Made by a program: the position numbers and the translations under genes. A stretch of 64,000 bases of DNA from Synechococcus sp. UW140 (GTDB taxonomy: Bacteria; Bacteroidota; Ignavibacteria; UBA10030; UBA8401), in assembly GCA_943364975.1 (NCBI GenBank), contig CALRIY020000003.1:18387-82386 (forward strand). Reading direction: 5' to 3'. Under the pieces are notes generated by a model. It saw only the letters and a program-made list of their open reading frames with translations, searched no databases and was not told where the DNA came from. Below are positions 61,480 to 64,000 of the stretch, in pieces (position 1 is the first letter of the stretch; the number at the start of each line of letters is the position of its first letter).

Positions 61480-62370
61480 TTACAAACGAACAGCGCCGTT
61501 GTTCTCAACGGACATTATTTCAGAGGTTGATGTCTGGCCATTCCTGCGGAAGGCATCCTGCATTGCGGAAGCGATCTCTGTCTCGCTGCTGACAGCGAAC
61601 GCGAAGACCGTTGGTCCTGCTCCGCTTATATTGAATGACAATGCGCCGGCATCAAGTGCGGCTTTTTTCACTTCGTCGTATCCGGGAATGAGTGTTGCGC
61701 GGTATTGTTCATGGAGCCGCTCTTTGGTAACGTAGCGGAGGGCTTCGTAATCGCCGTTCATCATCGCTGCGACCAGTGACGCGGCATTCTCGATATTCGT
61801 GACGGCATCCTTCAGCGGTACCTGCTGCGGAAGGATCTTCCGTGCTTCTTTCGTCTGCACTTGAAAATGCGGAGAACACGCGACCACAGACAGTCTCTTT
61901 TCGATCTTCACGCTTGTACAATGGACGTTCCGTTCCGCATCAAAACAATTAATAGTAAGACCGCCGAAGATCGCGGCGGAAACATTGTCCGGATGCCCTT
62001 CGATCTCAACGGCTATGTTCAGCATGTCTTCCCGTGACAATCCGATGTTCAATAATTGGTCTGCAAGAAAAACGCCCCCTGCAATCGCCGCACCGCTTCC
62101 GCCGAGTCCGCCGTATGCCGGGACACCGTTATTGATATGCAGAAGCAACGGGGGCAATGTCCTTCCGACTTTTTGCGCCGTTGCTGTCATTGCCGAGTAG
62201 ACAAGATTGGTCGTATCGGTGGCAATATGATCTTTTCCATTACCTTCAACGGAAATGATCAATCCGTTCGATTCTTCGGCAGAAAGAATAAGATAACGGT
62301 TCAGCGCAAGACCGAGTGTATCGAAGCCGGGGCCGAGATTGGAGGTAGAGCAAGGGATCTTGATGGTCAT
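61480..62370 (-). CDS. thrB: homoserine kinase
   Basis: 296 aa. N-terminus PCSTSNLGPGFDTLG and GHMP motif GGLGGSGAA. Confidence 0.92.
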   Translation of the reverse strand: MTIKIPCSTSNLGPGFDTLGLALNRYLILSAEESNGLIISVEGNGKDHIATDTTNLVYSAMTATAQKVGRTLPPLLLHINNGVPAYGGLGGSGAAIAGGVFLADQLLNIGLSREDMLNIAVEIEGHPDNVSAAIFGGLTINCFDAERNVHCTSVKIEKRLSVVACSPHFQVQTKEARKILPQQVPLKDAVTNIENAASLVAAMMNGDYEALRYVTKERLHEQYRATLIPGYDEVKKAALDAGALSFNISGAGPTVFAFAVSSETEIASAMQDAFRRNGQTSTSEIMSVENNGAVRL

Positions 62371-62395
62371 AAAGAGTAAGGGCTCAAGAAAAATT

Positions 62396-62470
62396 GAGTA
62401 GTTGAGTAGATGAGTAGATGAGTAGATGAGAAAAGGCGCTGTATCTCAAATACTCAACGACTCAACTACT
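62396..62470. repeat. hairpin built from 8-nt tandem units (GAGTAGTT GAGTAGAT x3) between thrC and thrB
   Basis: The left arm 62397..62422 pairs at 22/26 positions with the right arm 62445..62470. GTTGAGTAGATGAGT is 14/15 identical to 58090..58104, and TACTCAACGACT is shared with 58141..58152. Confidence 0.8.
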
Positions 62471-62484
62471 TATATACTATCAGA

Positions 62485-63756
62485 TTACAAATGTTGTTTT
62501 AGTTCATCGATCGTTGCGTTAATGTCGTGCGGCGGATTTGCATGTTCCGTCTTCCTGTTGAAGTGATAATCCACGATCACCTGCGGATCTTTCAGGATGT
62601 TTCCCGTCAGGATTCCGACCACGGTCTCATTCGCTTTGATCTCTCCGGATCCGATTAACTTTTTGATCCCCGCAACCGTTGCGCACGACGCCGGTTCTGC
62701 TCCGATCCCTGCTGCATCTACGCGTGCTTTTGCTTCGAGGATCTCCTCATCGGTCACCGATTCAACAACGCCGTTCGTCCACTTCATCGCACGGACCGCT
62801 TTCGGATAATTCACCGGATCGCCGATCTTGATGGCGGTGGCGATCGTTTCCGCTTTCTCCGTCTTCAATTCCCTGAAATCGTTCTTATACGCTTTGTAGA
62901 ACGGACTCGCTCCCTCCGCCTGGATCACTGCGAACCGCGGCATCCGGTCGATCCAGCCGAGCTCTTTTGCTTCATACAGCGCTTTCCCAAATGCGCTGGT
63001 ATTCCCGAGATTTCCTCCGGGGAAAACGATCCAATCAGGTATCTGCCAATTCAGCTGCATCAGCATCTCCCAGATGATCGTCTTTTGTCCTTCCAGTCTG
63101 AACGGATTGATGGAGTTGAGCGGATACGCTGATAATTTTTCCTGCGCTTCACGGATGAGCCGCATGCAGTCATCGAAATCGCCGTTCACGACCAATGTTC
63201 GCGTTCCGTATGCCAGCGCCTGTGAGATCTTGCCGACCGCAACATTACCTTTCGGGATGAGCACCAGTCCGGTCAATTCTGCTTCGGATGCGTACGCCGC
63301 AAGCGATGCCGATGTGTTTCCGGTGGAGGCACAGGTCACCGCCTTTTGACGGAGCGCTTTGGCCTGTGTGATGGCAACGGTCATACCGCGGTCCTTAAAC
63401 GAACCGGTGGGATTCTCCCCTTCATGTTTCAGGAAGAATTTCTCTGCGGAAAGTCCAAGCCATGCGGAGATCTTTTTACTTCGATAGAGCCGGGTATTCC
63501 CTTCCTGCTTTGAAACAACATCCTGTTCAGGAATATCGGGGAGGACAAGATCCTTGAAATGCCACACTCCTCCGCTCGGCTGTCCGTTGATCGAAGAATG
63601 CTTGGTGGAGAAATGGTCGCGTGAGATATTGCGGGAGCTCTTCAATGCATCAACATTGTGAACAACATCGAGCAGTTCGCCGTTGTCCGAGGTGAAGCGG
63701 ACCTCGTTCAGAGGATATTCTTTTCCGGAGGTGATGCTTTTAAGGATCGAGTTCAT
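62485..63756 (-). CDS. thrC: threonine synthase
   Basis: ORF trimmed to ATG 63756 (MNSILKSITSGKEYPL...). PLP-lysine block NPTGSFKDRG and ASTGNTSAS. Confidence 0.93.
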   Translation of the reverse strand: MNSILKSITSGKEYPLNEVRFTSDNGELLDVVHNVDALKSSRNISRDHFSTKHSSINGQPSGGVWHFKDLVLPDIPEQDVVSKQEGNTRLYRSKKISAWLGLSAEKFFLKHEGENPTGSFKDRGMTVAITQAKALRQKAVTCASTGNTSASLAAYASEAELTGLVLIPKGNVAVGKISQALAYGTRTLVVNGDFDDCMRLIREAQEKLSAYPLNSINPFRLEGQKTIIWEMLMQLNWQIPDWIVFPGGNLGNTSAFGKALYEAKELGWIDRMPRFAVIQAEGASPFYKAYKNDFRELKTEKAETIATAIKIGDPVNYPKAVRAMKWTNGVVESVTDEEILEAKARVDAAGIGAEPASCATVAGIKKLIGSGEIKANETVVGILTGNILKDPQVIVDYHFNRKTEHANPPHDINATIDELKQHL

Positions 63757-63757
63757 A

Positions 63758-64000
63758 TCAGCAAATATTGTCGCCCGAAGGGCTGTTGACCGCAAGGCCG
63801 TTAATGGAAACAAGATGATCGAGACGGATCACCGTGCCGCTGTTCAGTTTCAGATACTCCGCGCCGTCCCGCGCAAACAGATCGACGATGACCCCTCCCT
63901 CGGTCTTTTCTATTCCGTCATTATAAAGAATGGAACAGTTCGTCCTGTTCGTTGCAAACGCTTCGAGCCGGTCATAATAGGAGCAGTTGATATTCTGATA
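63758..64000 (-). CDS. Rof (YaeO)-like Rho-binding antiterminator family protein (C-terminal 80 aa; a few N-terminal residues lie beyond the right edge)
   Basis: Absent from the ORF track because it runs off the edge. Minus-strand translation: YQNINCSYYDRLEAFATNRTNCSILYNDGIEKTEGGVIVDLFARDGAEYLKLNSGTVIRLDHLVSINGLAVNSPSGDNIC*. It aligns by eye with E. coli Rof (YQPINCDDYDNLELAC...DL...EYL...LRLDKI). Stop TGA is 1 nt before the thrC ATG. Confidence 0.7.
   Translation of the reverse strand, partial: YQNINCSYYDRLEAFATNRTNCSILYNDGIEKTEGGVIVDLFARDGAEYLKLNSGTVIRLDHLVSINGLAVNSPSGDNIC

Noticed and set aside
62396-62430. Possible CRISPR-like or minisatellite array (also 48091..48126)
   Set aside because: The units are only 8 nt with no spacers, there are at most 4.5 copies, and no cas genes are present. 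These are simple tandem repeats forming hairpin arms.
1-64000. Search for a defence island, prophage, integron, toxin-antitoxin pair, restriction-modification system, retron or CRISPR-Cas
   Set aside because: I recognised no integrase, recombinase (other than the RAYT), Cas protein, reverse transcriptase, methyltransferase-nuclease pair, small adjacent TA-like ORF pair or tRNA attachment site on either strand.

Overview
This is a 64-kb, gene-dense chromosomal window with about 52 protein-coding genes. I see no rRNA, tRNA or CRISPR array.

**Lineage.** It looks like an FCB-superphylum bacterium, Ignavibacteria/Kapabacteria-like. Four secreted proteins end in the same ~80-aa type IX secretion (T9SS) sorting domain (..YPNPFNP.....Y(Y/F)(F/Y)....LL(L)R), and several genes carry AAGGAG-type ribosome-binding sites.

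**Gene content** is mostly core metabolism and envelope functions:
- agmatine deiminase plus N-carbamoylputrescine amidase, FabF, NhaA, IlvD and a CspA-type cold-shock protein
- a GT2/GT4/GT9/methyltransferase glycan cluster and a YidE/AspT-type transporter
- two adjacent secreted NucA-type nucleases, a GH13 amylase and an RND efflux pair
- a DEAD-box helicase, S8 and M1 peptidases, and a TPR/DUF4292/M23 envelope cluster
- MoxR ATPase, rhodanese, TrkAH, ThrB/ThrC

The only mobile-element-related gene is a solo IS200-like HUH tyrosine transposase of the REP-associated (RAYT) type. I recognised no prophage, integrase, restriction-modification, toxin-antitoxin or known defence island, so I cannot point to a clear-cut new multi-gene system.

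**Best candidates for something undescribed:**
1. A module linked to a two-component system: an OmpR-type response regulator, a histidine kinase, a cytochrome P460-like haem lipoprotein, and a secreted protein with three copies of a C-x-H-C-x5-C-E-M-H motif. A 19-nt direct-repeat box occurs upstream of both transcription units.
2. A monocistronic 912-aa Upf1-like SF1 helicase homologue with degenerate catalytic motifs and unknown N- and C-terminal domains.
3. Unusually dense intergenic repeat content: GTAG-headed REP-like palindromes plausibly tied to the RAYT gene, GTCAT...ATGAC compound palindromes, and 7-9-nt short-period tandem repeats that build long hairpins.

All functional calls come from motif recognition by eye. 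No database search or computation was run.
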